DNA of 64,000 nt from the NCBI GenBank assembly GCA_937124615.1, contig CAKZKR010000069.1:3819-67818 (forward strand). The letters run 5' to 3'. Under the pieces are notes generated by a model. It was given only the letters and a program-made list of their open reading frames with translations, had not been told where the DNA came from and did not search any database. Source of the stretch: an uncultured bacterium (GTDB lineage Bacteria; Hydrogenedentota; Hydrogenedentia; Hydrogenedentales; Hydrogenedentaceae). Each line of letters begins with the position of its first letter. The first letter of the stretch is position 1. A program made the translations under genes and the position numbers. Shown here piece after piece: positions 52,841-62,103 of the stretch.

Positions 52841-53950
52841 TTACATAATCTCCACTTCTGCTTCGAGGGCTCCTGCCTCTTTCAAAGCCTGAAAAATAGA
52901 AATCATATCCCGGGGAGTTATTTTTAACCGGTTTAACGCTTCTGCTACCTGTCCCGCGGAAGTCCCTGAAACGGGCATAAGATAGGCTTCCGATTCCTGT
53001 ACTTCCATTGCAGTAGTTTCGGTAATAACGGGTTGACTTTCAGTAAAAGGTGTTGCCGGTGTCACCTGAGGCGTAGAAGTAATTTTTATTGTCATATTTC
53101 CATGTGCTACCTGACAGGGTTTTACAACAACATCTCCGCCAATCACAATGGTACCTGTCCGTTCATTGATTACAATCTTCGCAGGTGGACTTGTAGTAAC
53201 TTCTATATTCTCCATTCGAGCAATAAAACCTGTCAGGTCATTGTGGTATATTTCGGGAACGGTTACTCGAATCGCACCCCCACCCATCGCAAGGGCTACA
53301 TTTTCCCCAAACTGGTCTTCAATAGCCTGACGAATTCTATCCGCAGTATTAAATTCAGGTTGTTTTAACAAAAGAACAATCCGTTCCCCATCCGTGATTG
53401 TCGATGGGACCTCTCTCTCTATATAGGCCCCCAAAGGAATGCGTCCTGAAGTCGGATGGTTTTTACGAACAGATGCTCCCCCGCCACCTCCCTTTTCCGC
53501 ATTAAACCCTCCTATAGACACGGGACCCTGGGCCACTGCATATACCGTTTCACCCAGTCCCGGTCCTCGCAAATGTGTCTCTAAAAGCATTCCGCCTTCT
53601 AAACTTTTGCAATCACCCAATGTGTCAATTTTAACATCAATTCGAGTTCCTTCCTTGGCAAAGGCGGGAATCTCTGCAGTTACCATAACAATTGCAGAAT
53701 TTTTCGGTGTTAAATCTTTCAGATTGCTTACCGTAATACCTAACCGGTCTAACATCTGACGCTGAGCCAGCCGAGTAACTCCAACACTATCACCAGTACC
53801 CGCAAGTCCTACAACAAGACCTATCCCTTTTAAGATATTCCCTCTCGCTCCCTGAATATCGCATAAATCTCGTATTCGTGCGGAATCCGCGACCCCAGGT
53901 AAAAAGAAAATCAGTAAAATGATATATAGAAAAAACCTTCTTTTAATCAT
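52841..53950 (-). CDS. flgI: Flagellar P-ring protein FlgI
   Basis: ARIRDLCDIQGARGNILKGIGLVVGLAGTGDS matches the FlgI N-terminus. Start placed at the internal Met (MIKRRFFLYIILLIFFLPGVADSA, clean signal peptide), not the track's 53983. Confidence 0.88.
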   Translation of the reverse strand: MIKRRFFLYIILLIFFLPGVADSARIRDLCDIQGARGNILKGIGLVVGLAGTGDSVGVTRLAQRQMLDRLGITVSNLKDLTPKNSAIVMVTAEIPAFAKEGTRIDVKIDTLGDCKSLEGGMLLETHLRGPGLGETVYAVAQGPVSIGGFNAEKGGGGGASVRKNHPTSGRIPLGAYIEREVPSTITDGERIVLLLKQPEFNTADRIRQAIEDQFGENVALAMGGGAIRVTVPEIYHNDLTGFIARMENIEVTTSPPAKIVINERTGTIVIGGDVVVKPCQVAHGNMTIKITSTPQVTPATPFTESQPVITETTAMEVQESEAYLMPVSGTSAGQVAEALNRLKITPRDMISIFQALKEAGALEAEVEIM

Positions 53951-53964
53951 AAATAAACTCCTTA

Positions 53965-54612
53965 TTAGAATGGAGAGAACCAATCTAAAATCTTCGTAAT
54001 AATTCCACGCCGTTGATTATTCCATAGGTCTCCTTTCCCTTTAAGTTGTACCTGTGCATTGGCGACCTGTGTTGATAAAACTGTATTATCTGGTGCAACA
54101 TCTTTAGAACGGACAATCCCACTAACTGTTAAAAGGGAATCTTCTCTATTCACAGTTACTCGTTTTTCGCCTTCTATCTTTAAGTTTCCATTTGGATACA
54201 CCTGTGTTACTGTGCAGGCAATTGTTGTTGTTAATGTGCTTGTACGTGTCGTTTTACCTCTTGCTTTCGTTTCGTTTTCCGCCTCAATCTTCCAGTTAGG
54301 TAATAAGTCCGGGTTTATCAATCCCAAACCATCCGGCTTTTCTGCAGTCAAAAAATTGTTATCCTTTTCGTTCGCTTTACTCTCAACATCGGATTCTTTC
54401 TTAGTATTTGTATCTGCGGTCGTACTTGCAGAAATTTTCTCACGCACTAATATTGTAATAATATCGCCCGGCTGAAAACGGGTCCCTTTTTCCGCTATTA
54501 ATGTTCCTGAACGCTGGGCTTCAGGTGTAAAAAGACTATCACTATAAGAAAAAACACAAAAACCAATCCAAAAAGAGATCATTATAAATACCGTCTGTTC
54601 CTTTATTTTCAT
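53965..54612 (-). CDS. flgH: Flagellar L-ring protein FlgH
   Basis: Signal/lipoprotein-like N-terminus. FQPGDIITILVREKISASTTADTNTKKES and NLKIEGEKRVTVNREDSLLTVSGIVRSKDV match FlgH blocks. Confidence 0.85.
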   Translation of the reverse strand: MKIKEQTVFIMISFWIGFCVFSYSDSLFTPEAQRSGTLIAEKGTRFQPGDIITILVREKISASTTADTNTKKESDVESKANEKDNNFLTAEKPDGLGLINPDLLPNWKIEAENETKARGKTTRTSTLTTTIACTVTQVYPNGNLKIEGEKRVTVNREDSLLTVSGIVRSKDVAPDNTVLSTQVANAQVQLKGKGDLWNNQRRGIITKILDWFSPF

Positions 54613-54618
54613 AACGAT

Positions 54619-55584
54619 TTACTCCACTTTAACCGTTCCATCGGGCTGAACAGTTGCTTCAAATTTTTGTTCTGAATTTAAATACATACAGTGGACACGC
54701 TCACCTATACGAGCATCTGCCAAAACTTTTACCTTTGCTGAAATGGATATATTTCCCCGGGCATACTCGACGGGAACAATTTGATTCCGCTTTACGATTA
54801 CGGGTGATTCGATATCCTCCATACGAATGCTGGACCCGGAACGAATATATTTTTTAGAAGACATGCCTACAACCGAGTATAAATCCCATATAGGAGACCC
54901 TTGACTACGAGAGAAGGATACCTGCCGAACAGATATATCTTTTTCTGTTATTATCTTTCCACGAGGAATATCTCGAACAGCAATTACTACCAATCCCTCT
55001 GTTTCTATCATAACCCTACAAATAATCGTTTTCTGGATTCTCCCATCTACACGGATCATTCCACGAAAAACCCCCGGACCCAAATAGCGATACGAATTAT
55101 TAGGTTTCCATGTTATTTCCACATCCCCTTCAGGGAAAGTCAAATCTTCCGAAGGGGGATATATTTCAATACGAGTCTGACTCACTTCCCACGGCATTTG
55201 TTGTTGAATATAATGTCGAAGTGAGTCTGTAAAAATATCTTTTGAAATTACTGTGGTGGCTCGTTTGATTACAGTTTGTCCTTTTTCGTCGATGTTTAAA
55301 CTATCTGTGTCCACACCAATTTGTTTTAGTTTTGAAAATATCAGCGTATTCGGTACAACTCGAGCATATCCGGGTTTGGGTGCCGGTAATAAAGGGATAC
55401 CATTTACAAAATCTGGGTTAACACCTTCCAGAACATCGTGTAACATTACTTTATTACCTGTAACCTCCGTTTCCTGTTTAATCGAAATATCCTGTGAATG
55501 TCCTGCAATATTAAACAGAAAGACTATTACACATATAATAATTACATTATTTGTTTTTGACGAATAAACCGTCATTCGCCACAT
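54619..55584 (-). CDS. flgA: Flagellar basal-body P-ring formation chaperone FlgA
   Basis: Signal peptide. C-terminal SAF-like region (…IPRGKIITEKDISVRQV…). Position between flgG and flgH is the conserved flgA slot. Confidence 0.6.
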   Translation of the reverse strand: MWRMTVYSSKTNNVIIICVIVFLFNIAGHSQDISIKQETEVTGNKVMLHDVLEGVNPDFVNGIPLLPAPKPGYARVVPNTLIFSKLKQIGVDTDSLNIDEKGQTVIKRATTVISKDIFTDSLRHYIQQQMPWEVSQTRIEIYPPSEDLTFPEGDVEITWKPNNSYRYLGPGVFRGMIRVDGRIQKTIICRVMIETEGLVVIAVRDIPRGKIITEKDISVRQVSFSRSQGSPIWDLYSVVGMSSKKYIRSGSSIRMEDIESPVIVKRNQIVPVEYARGNISISAKVKVLADARIGERVHCMYLNSEQKFEATVQPDGTVKVE

Positions 55585-56375
55585 TATCTCCTTACATTAT
55601 TAGCCGTCTGAAGCATCTCGTCAGAGGCTTGAATCACTCGTGAGTTAGCTTCATAAGCACGCTGGGCAATAATCATTTGTATAACCTCTTCCACAACCTG
55701 AACATTCGAGTTTTCAAGAAACCCCTGGGCAATCGTTCCCAATCCATCTAATCCGGGTTGTCCTACATTGGGAGGACCTGATGCCTGCGTTTCTAAAAAC
55801 AGGTTTCTGCCCAATCGTGCATCAAGACCAGCAGGATTGGAAAACCGGGCTAATTCCAATGTTCCAATGTTCTGAGGGGTATTATCACCGGGGACACGAG
55901 CAGAAACGGTCCCATCAGCACCGATAGTTACTAACTCTGCTTCCGTCGGAATGGTAATAGCAGGTGTTAGAGGATAACCATCTACGGTCATTACGGTTCC
56001 CTCTTCATTAATTTTAAAAGCGCCGTCTCGTGTATAAGCAATGGTCCCATCCGGTAATTCAATCTGAAAAAAACCATCCCCTTCAATCATCAAATCAAAG
56101 GGGTTACCCGTTTGGATAGCGGAGCCTGATGAAAAGATTTTTGACACAGCAGATGGACGAACACCATGTCCAATCTGAATACCTTCGGGTATTGTTGTCC
56201 CTGCCGTTGTCTCACTGCCTGCAGGTTTAACTGTCTCGTATAATAGGTCTTGAAAGTTTACCCGACTTCGCTTAAATCCCGTCGTATTCACATTTGCCAG
56301 ATTATTGGCGATTGCATCAATATTCATTTGCTGGGCTATCATTCCCGTTGCCGCAGTAAATAACGAACGAATCAT
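55584..56375 (-). CDS. flgG: Flagellar distal rod protein FlgG
   Basis: [39 protein letters not shown]-terminus. C-terminal [39 protein letters not shown]. Confidence 0.9.
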   Translation of the reverse strand: MIRSLFTAATGMIAQQMNIDAIANNLANVNTTGFKRSRVNFQDLLYETVKPAGSETTAGTTIPEGIQIGHGVRPSAVSKIFSSGSAIQTGNPFDLMIEGDGFFQIELPDGTIAYTRDGAFKINEEGTVMTVDGYPLTPAITIPTEAELVTIGADGTVSARVPGDNTPQNIGTLELARFSNPAGLDARLGRNLFLETQASGPPNVGQPGLDGLGTIAQGFLENSNVQVVEEVIQMIIAQRAYEANSRVIQASDEMLQTANNVRR

Positions 56376-56397
56376 ATATTCATCCTTCTTTTATGTT

Positions 56398-57156
56398 TTA
56401 ACCGGCAAGACCTATCTGGTCAATTAGTCTGCCGATACTTTCATCTATAGCAGAGATAACTCGTTGATTGGATTCATAAGCACGAAGTCCCAAAGTTAGC
56501 CTTACCATCTCTGTAGGAATTTTCGTATTTGAGCATTCAAGATAACCCTGTTGAAGGGAACTTCTCGTTGCTGGTTGCATGGCCTGTTGAACTTCCTGAC
56601 TTGCAGAATATAAATTTTCCCCTTCACGGATTAACCGTTCCGGCTTTGCAAACTCAATACATCGGATTTGCCCGGCAGGAATCCCATCCACAGTAATACT
56701 TCCGTCCGTTGCAATATTAATTTCACTCCCCTGTATTTGAATAGGCTGTCCATTATTTCCCAAAACCCGATAACCTTGTGAAGAACATAAAAAGCCTTCT
56801 GAATCCAGAGTGAAATCCCCTGCCCTCGTAAATCTGTCCCCAGACGGCGTTTGTAATACAAAATATCCCGGTCCCTGTATGGCAACATTTAAAGGATTGG
56901 AAGTCTGTTTAAGAGGGCCTAAAGATAAATCGGGAAAGGTTTCTACAATCTTTACACCTCCGGCAGGAGCACTTTTAGGAATATATACATTATAACTGGC
57001 ACCTATCTTTTTGAATAAAGGATAAAAGCCCAACTGAACAGGTGTTAATGCCTTGTATCCTACTGTACTGGCATTAGCTACATTATTAGCATATACCGCT
57101 TGCCGTTGTTCTGAGGCAATCATTCCACCTGCGGATATGTATACTCCCGGTATCAT
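56398..57156 (-). CDS. flgF: Flagellar proximal rod protein FlgF
   Basis: ISAGGMIASEQRQAVYANNVANASTVGYKA N-terminus. C-terminal GYLECSNTKIPTEMVRLTLGLRAYESNQRVISAIDE. Confidence 0.85.
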   Translation of the reverse strand: MIPGVYISAGGMIASEQRQAVYANNVANASTVGYKALTPVQLGFYPLFKKIGASYNVYIPKSAPAGGVKIVETFPDLSLGPLKQTSNPLNVAIQGPGYFVLQTPSGDRFTRAGDFTLDSEGFLCSSQGYRVLGNNGQPIQIQGSEINIATDGSITVDGIPAGQIRCIEFAKPERLIREGENLYSASQEVQQAMQPATRSSLQQGYLECSNTKIPTEMVRLTLGLRAYESNQRVISAIDESIGRLIDQIGLAG

Positions 57157-57350
57157 ATTATTCTTTCATTTATATTTTATGGGTTACTTATAGTTTCAAA
57201 AGGCGGGCGGCAGGGCGCAACGATGTTTCGTAAAGGGACAAAGAAACACATGGACGCAATCTATTGCGCCATGCCGACCCATGGAGGAAAGTTGCTATAG
57301 GACCTTTTTATGGGACATCTTCAATATTCAAATTTTGTTGTTTTAAAAAT

Positions 57351-57366
57351 AGCAATCTCCGTGCCA
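57351..57366 (-). promoter_or_regulatory. Sigma-54 (RpoN) -24/-12 promoter for the flgF operon
   Basis: The minus strand reads TGGCAC-GGAGA-TTGCT, a perfect match to TGGCAC-N5-TTGCW with GG-N10-GC spacing. It lies about 195 nt upstream of the flgF ATG. Confidence 0.6.
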
Positions 57367-57538
57367 TAAAATAGCAATACAATAAATTATTGACAAATAA
57401 AAAGATATAGAGAATTTATAAATAAAAAACATTTATATAGATAGGAATGATTTTCCTTTAAAAAGGAAGAATTTGCATTTTACATTGTTTTAATCATAAA
57501 TTAACATCGATAAAGAAATTAAGATAGGCTTTCATAAA

Positions 57539-58129
57539 ATGAAAATTTTGTCCATAGAGTTTAAGAAAAGTGTATTAAATATCTGTGATATTCCCCGGGA
57601 CCGTAAACCTGAAATTGCCTTCGCCGGTAAATCAAATGTCGGGAAATCTTCTCTTTTAAATACACTCTGGGGAAGAAAAAATCTTGCAAAAACAAGCAAT
57701 ACTCCTGGAAAAACGAGAACGATTAATTTTTTTGATGTCAATAACAAATTTTATATGGTAGACCTGCCCGGATATGGATATGCAGAAGTTCCTCTCAAGA
57801 TTAAAGAGCAATGGAATAAACTAATGTTTGAGTATCTAACACAAAGTGAAAATTTAAGACTTGTAGTAGTATTAATTGATTCCCGACATGGACCCGTTGA
57901 AAAAGACCATCAACTGCTCGATTTTCTGGAAGAACATGAAATTCCTACTTTACTCGTTGCAACAAAAGTTGACAAGTTAGGAAATGCACAAAGAAAAATA
58001 CTATTGGATAAAATAAAAAAAGAACTCCATTTAGATGAAGATGCTATTCTACTTCCTTTTTCATCTCAAACAAAAGAAGGGGTTGCCCCTCTCTGGAGAA
58101 TAATAGAAGAAATCCTAAGCGATAGATAA
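57539..58129 (+). CDS. engB: Ribosome-biogenesis GTPase EngB (YihA/YsxC)
   Basis: ICDIPRDRKPEIAFAGKSNVGKSSLLNTL (G1). DLPGYGYA (G3). ATKVDK (G4). Confidence 0.9.
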   Translation: MKILSIEFKKSVLNICDIPRDRKPEIAFAGKSNVGKSSLLNTLWGRKNLAKTSNTPGKTRTINFFDVNNKFYMVDLPGYGYAEVPLKIKEQWNKLMFEYLTQSENLRLVVVLIDSRHGPVEKDHQLLDFLEEHEIPTLLVATKVDKLGNAQRKILLDKIKKELHLDEDAILLPFSSQTKEGVAPLWRIIEEILSDR

Positions 58130-58172
58130 TCGTTTTTCGCCCCTTTGAACAAACCATTTATAATTTCAATTC

Positions 58173-59531
58173 TTACACAACCTCTCCGTAAAGGTCGTAT
58201 ATTTCTGCCTCTTTTATCTTCACAGGATAGAATTCGCCTATTCTTAATGATTTTGAAGAGGATACCCAGATAATACCATCAACTTCGGGAGCTTCCGCAT
58301 AAGACCTCCCTATCCATAGTTTCTTCTCGTTATCAAAGTCTTCTACTAAAACCTTATACTCCCTCCCCACTCGACTTTTGTTGAATTCATAGGATATATC
58401 CGATTGTGTCTCCATAAGAAGATGATACCGCCGTTCTGCCACTAATTTACCCACTCTGTGAGGGAATTCGATAGCCGGAGTTTCTTCCTCCGGAGAAAAA
58501 ATAAAAGCCCCTAATCGCTCAAATCGGATTTGTTCAATTACATTCATTAATTGCTGAAATGCTTTATATGTCTCGCCGGGGAAACCTAATATAACGGTTG
58601 TCCGAATAACAATATCTGGTATAACGGTTCTTATATCTCGTATTTCTTTAATAATGTCTCTGCTCCAACCCGGCCGGTTCATTAACTTGAGTATTTTCTT
58701 ATCAATATGCTGTATAGGCATATCCAAATAATGAACAGTTTTCTCCCCCGTTCCTATGATGTTCAAAAGTTTTTTCGTTAGGCCCGAGGGTAAACCATAC
58801 AAGCATCTTATCCAGAAATCGCCTTTTAATTTAGATAACTCTTTAATTAGTTCCGGTAATCCATATCCTTTTTTCAAATCCCTCCCATAGCGGGTTATAT
58901 CTTGTGCGATTAAATTCAATTCTTTTATACCTTGACTAATAAGGTATTCTGCTTCTTGCAATATAATATCCATAGGTACGGAACGGTAGGTTCCCTTTAT
59001 TCTGGGGATGGCACAAAACGAGCATGTATGAGAACAACCATCTGCAATCTTCAGAAAAGAATAAGCACGAGGAGTAATAATCTTTCTGCGAATATATTTT
59101 TCTACATTAACTATCGGTTTCTTTAGGCAACAAAACTTTTCATTACGGGGGATTTCCTCATTCTGTATATATTGGACTAAAGTCTCCAATTGTCCAACCC
59201 CTACTAATCCATCAATTTCTGGAAATTTTTTCCATAATTCATGTGGATAACGCTGTGATAAACAGCCCAATACAAAAAATTTTTCAGGATTCCCTCTCTT
59301 TTTTTTACTTTCTGCTATCTCCGAAATGACATCAATAGACTGTTTCTTCGCATCTAAAATAAATCCACAAGTATTTAATAAAACGATATCAAAATTTTCT
59401 TCCGGATGAAATCCTTCTAACGGAATTACTTCATATCCTAAGTCATCCAATAATCCCGCTAAATATTCATTATCAACAGTATTTTTATCACATCCTAAAG
59501 TTATTATCCCTATCTTCTTTGTTTTTTTCAC
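58173..59531 (-). CDS. rimO: MiaB-family radical-SAM methylthiotransferase, RimO-like (ribosomal protein S12 D88 methylthiotransferase)
   Basis: N-terminal MTTase domain KIGIITLGCDKNTVDNE (RimO-like LGCPKNxVDSE). Radical SAM CSHTCSFCAIP. C-terminal TRAM domain. Confidence 0.78.
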   Translation of the reverse strand: MKKTKKIGIITLGCDKNTVDNEYLAGLLDDLGYEVIPLEGFHPEENFDIVLLNTCGFILDAKKQSIDVISEIAESKKKRGNPEKFFVLGCLSQRYPHELWKKFPEIDGLVGVGQLETLVQYIQNEEIPRNEKFCCLKKPIVNVEKYIRRKIITPRAYSFLKIADGCSHTCSFCAIPRIKGTYRSVPMDIILQEAEYLISQGIKELNLIAQDITRYGRDLKKGYGLPELIKELSKLKGDFWIRCLYGLPSGLTKKLLNIIGTGEKTVHYLDMPIQHIDKKILKLMNRPGWSRDIIKEIRDIRTVIPDIVIRTTVILGFPGETYKAFQQLMNVIEQIRFERLGAFIFSPEEETPAIEFPHRVGKLVAERRYHLLMETQSDISYEFNKSRVGREYKVLVEDFDNEKKLWIGRSYAEAPEVDGIIWVSSSKSLRIGEFYPVKIKEAEIYDLYGEVV

Positions 59532-59640
59532 GACTAATATTATTCTTTTAGTTTTCTATTTAATTTTTACAAATATATTATTAATAAGAAAAACATTATA
59601 AGTAAAAATTAATATCCTTTTCATCTCAGCGAAATTTAAT

Positions 59641-59684
59641 TCCTTTAAAAAATATACCCGATGGCTCCAGAGAGCCATCGGGAA
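59641..59684 (-). terminator. Rho-independent terminator of the lipoprotein gene
   Basis: Perfect 11-bp inverted repeat CCCGATGGCTC-cagaga-GAGCCATCGGG (59657-59684), followed on the minus strand by UAUAUUUUUUAAAGG. It lies 56 nt past the stop. Confidence 0.65.
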
Positions 59685-59737
59685 AAAGCAGAGAGTATAA
59701 AATACCTTTAGTTTTTCTATAAGAAACTAATTAAGGA

Positions 59738-60199
59738 TTATAGTCCATCAACATTAACAGTTTTCACCAGCCATGCAGGAACTTTCTTCCCTTTTTCATT
59801 TGTTACTTCGTATTTTTTCATAATGAGTTCAACAGAAACCGCACCTGCTACACTACTTAAATCAATAGGATAGGCAGACGCTGTCCCGTCATCATTAATT
59901 TTAATCTGCATATTTGTCAAATCAACTTTTCCTTCATCCGCATAACCGGATTCCAGACCTAATTGCAACATTTGGCGGGCTTCATCTTTTCCACCTACTT
60001 CGGGATGTTCAAAATCATCACCAAAAGTTTGAATTAACATATCAATATTTTTTGCTTCAAGGGCTGTCTTGACCTTATCGATGGTGGAACGAATTAATTC
60101 TTCATCCGAGGGTCCCTTCCCCATTCCGGCACAGCCCAGAACAGAAAGCATAGCAACCATAGACACGACCAGAGCGGAACTAATGAGAATTCTCTTCAT
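59738..60199 (-). CDS. Hypothetical lipoprotein
   Basis: Signal peptide with lipobox-like LSVLGCAG. No other motif. Confidence 0.45.
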   Translation of the reverse strand: MKRILISSALVVSMVAMLSVLGCAGMGKGPSDEELIRSTIDKVKTALEAKNIDMLIQTFGDDFEHPEVGGKDEARQMLQLGLESGYADEGKVDLTNMQIKINDDGTASAYPIDLSSVAGAVSVELIMKKYEVTNEKGKKVPAWLVKTVNVDGL

Positions 60200-60351
60200 A
60201 TTGAGTCTCCTTTACTTATTTGTTATAGTTTTACTTAAAATTAAAAGATACCACTTTTTTATGGTAAGTATGACTATACCTTCTGAGAAAAGGTTTCATT
60301 TCTCCAAAAAATTTTAAACTTTCTACTTAAAATTACAAAAAGGACAATTTT

Positions 60352-62103
60352 ATGAAAAGAAGAGACTTTTTATTAGCATTAGGAACTGCGTCTACCTTAT
60401 ATATAAAGCCCTTCAATAATCATTCAAACAAAATTCTTATTACTAAAACAAAAGGAGATAATTCAGTAAAAAGTAATAGACCCATTCAAGAAAATAAAGG
60501 GGATGTAGTTGTTATTGGTGGAGGAATTGGAGGGGTAGCCTGTGCTTTAACTGCATTACAGCACGGATTATCTGTCATCCTAACAGAAGAAACCTACTGG
60601 TTAGGAGGACAAATGACTTCACAGGCAGTCCCTCCTGATGAAAATCCATGGGTTGAAGAGAAAGGGTCTACAGAAAGATATAAAAAGTTAAGAGACACAA
60701 TTCGCGATTTTTATCGGAATTACTATCCCCTACGAGAAGAACATAAAAACAATCCAAAACTCAATCCCGGGAATGGTAATGTATCTCGTATTTGCCACGA
60801 ACCCCGGGTCAGTGCACACATCATTGAGGCCCTTCTTTCTCCTTATATTTCAGGGAAAAAATTGCTACTGTTAACGGAACATATTCCTGTTGAAGTTGAA
60901 ACAAAAGGCGATTATTTCACTGCAATTAAAGTTCGGTCTTTAAAAACAGGAAATGAAAGATGGCTATCCGCTCCGTATTTTATCGACGCAACAGAAACAG
61001 GTGAAATACTTCCCATGGGGAAAGTAGAGTATGGAGTCGGCATGGAAGCACAAAAAGAGACAAACGAACCCCACGCTCCAACAGAAGCGGACCCCAAAGC
61101 TATGCAAGCATGTACATGGTGCTTTGCTATGGACTATGACCCCGACGGAGACCATCATATTGAGAAACCTAAAAATTATGAGTTTTGGCGTTCATATATT
61201 CCTAAATTAGACCCACCATGGCCGGGACCTCTGTTAAGTTTGACCACAACGCATCCCGTAACTTTACAACCTCGCACGATGCCTCTTGACCCGACAGGTC
61301 AAACAAATGCAAGTTGGTGGAAATATCGACAAATTCTGGATAAGAACCTTTTTGACACAAATCTTATTCCATTTAGTATAACCCTTGTCAATTGGCCTCA
61401 AAACGACTACTTTCTCGGAAACATCATTGAGAATGAAAAGCGAGAGGACGACTTATTTCATCAGAAGAAAGCAAAGGAATTGAGTTTATCCCTCTTCTAT
61501 TGGCTACAAACCGAAGCACCTCGCCCAGATGGAGGAACAGGTTGGAAAGGATTACGATTACGACCCGATGTAATAGGTACAGATGATGGTTTCGCAATGA
61601 GACCGTATATTCGCGAATCCCGCCGGATTAAAGCAGAGGTTACAATCTGTGAACAGCATATCAGCAAAGATGTGCGGAAAGAATTCCAAAAAAACGAAGA
61701 ATACATTACCCCTGAATTTTTTCATGACACCATAGGTATTGGTTATTATCGAATTGACCTTCATCCCCGAACAAATGGTAAAAATTATTTCGATGTGGAA
61801 TCCTTGCCCTTCCAAATACCGTTAGGAGCACTCCTCCCACAGCGTGTAGAAAATCTTATCCCTGCATGTAAAAACATCGGAACAACCCACATCACAAATG
61901 GTGCCTACCGCTTACATCAGCTAGAATGGCACATTGGAGAAGCCGTCGGAGTCCTCTTATCTTTTTGTATCCAAAACAAATACCAACCCCGCCAGGTAAG
62001 AAACAATAAGCAAATTTTAGAACAGTTCCAACAAACGCTTCTAAATGAAAATATCCCCCTCCACTGGGATAAAGACATTCTCCAACAAAAAGGAAAAAAA
62101 TAA
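60352..62103 (+). CDS. TAT-signal FAD-dependent oxidoreductase (FAD_oxidored / HI0933-like family)
   Basis: Twin-arginine motif KRRDFLLALG. Rossmann dinucleotide motif VVVIGGGIGGVACALTA. Family often accompanies polysaccharide-active loci. Confidence 0.65.
   Translation: MKRRDFLLALGTASTLYIKPFNNHSNKILITKTKGDNSVKSNRPIQENKGDVVVIGGGIGGVACALTALQHGLSVILTEETYWLGGQMTSQAVPPDENPWVEEKGSTERYKKLRDTIRDFYRNYYPLREEHKNNPKLNPGNGNVSRICHEPRVSAHIIEALLSPYISGKKLLLLTEHIPVEVETKGDYFTAIKVRSLKTGNERWLSAPYFIDATETGEILPMGKVEYGVGMEAQKETNEPHAPTEADPKAMQACTWCFAMDYDPDGDHHIEKPKNYEFWRSYIPKLDPPWPGPLLSLTTTHPVTLQPRTMPLDPTGQTNASWWKYRQILDKNLFDTNLIPFSITLVNWPQNDYFLGNIIENEKREDDLFHQKKAKELSLSLFYWLQTEAPRPDGGTGWKGLRLRPDVIGTDDGFAMRPYIRESRRIKAEVTICEQHISKDVRKEFQKNEEYITPEFFHDTIGIGYYRIDLHPRTNGKNYFDVESLPFQIPLGALLPQRVENLIPACKNIGTTHITNGAYRLHQLEWHIGEAVGVLLSFCIQNKYQPRQVRNNKQILEQFQQTLLNENIPLHWDKDILQQKGKK

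Noticed and set aside
57201-57290. Possible c-di-GMP-I (GEMM) riboswitch upstream of flagellar genes (GGACGCAA-like core)
   Set aside because: The GEMM-like words occur on the + strand, whereas the flagellar transcript is on the minus strand. Even on the + strand the GNRA/receptor architecture does not line up. Kept only as a generic structured element pending cmscan.
57476-57496. Second sigma-54-like word (GGAAGAATTTGCAT) upstream of engB on the + strand
   Set aside because: GG to GC spacing is 8 nt rather than the required 10, and the -24 TGGCAC half is absent.
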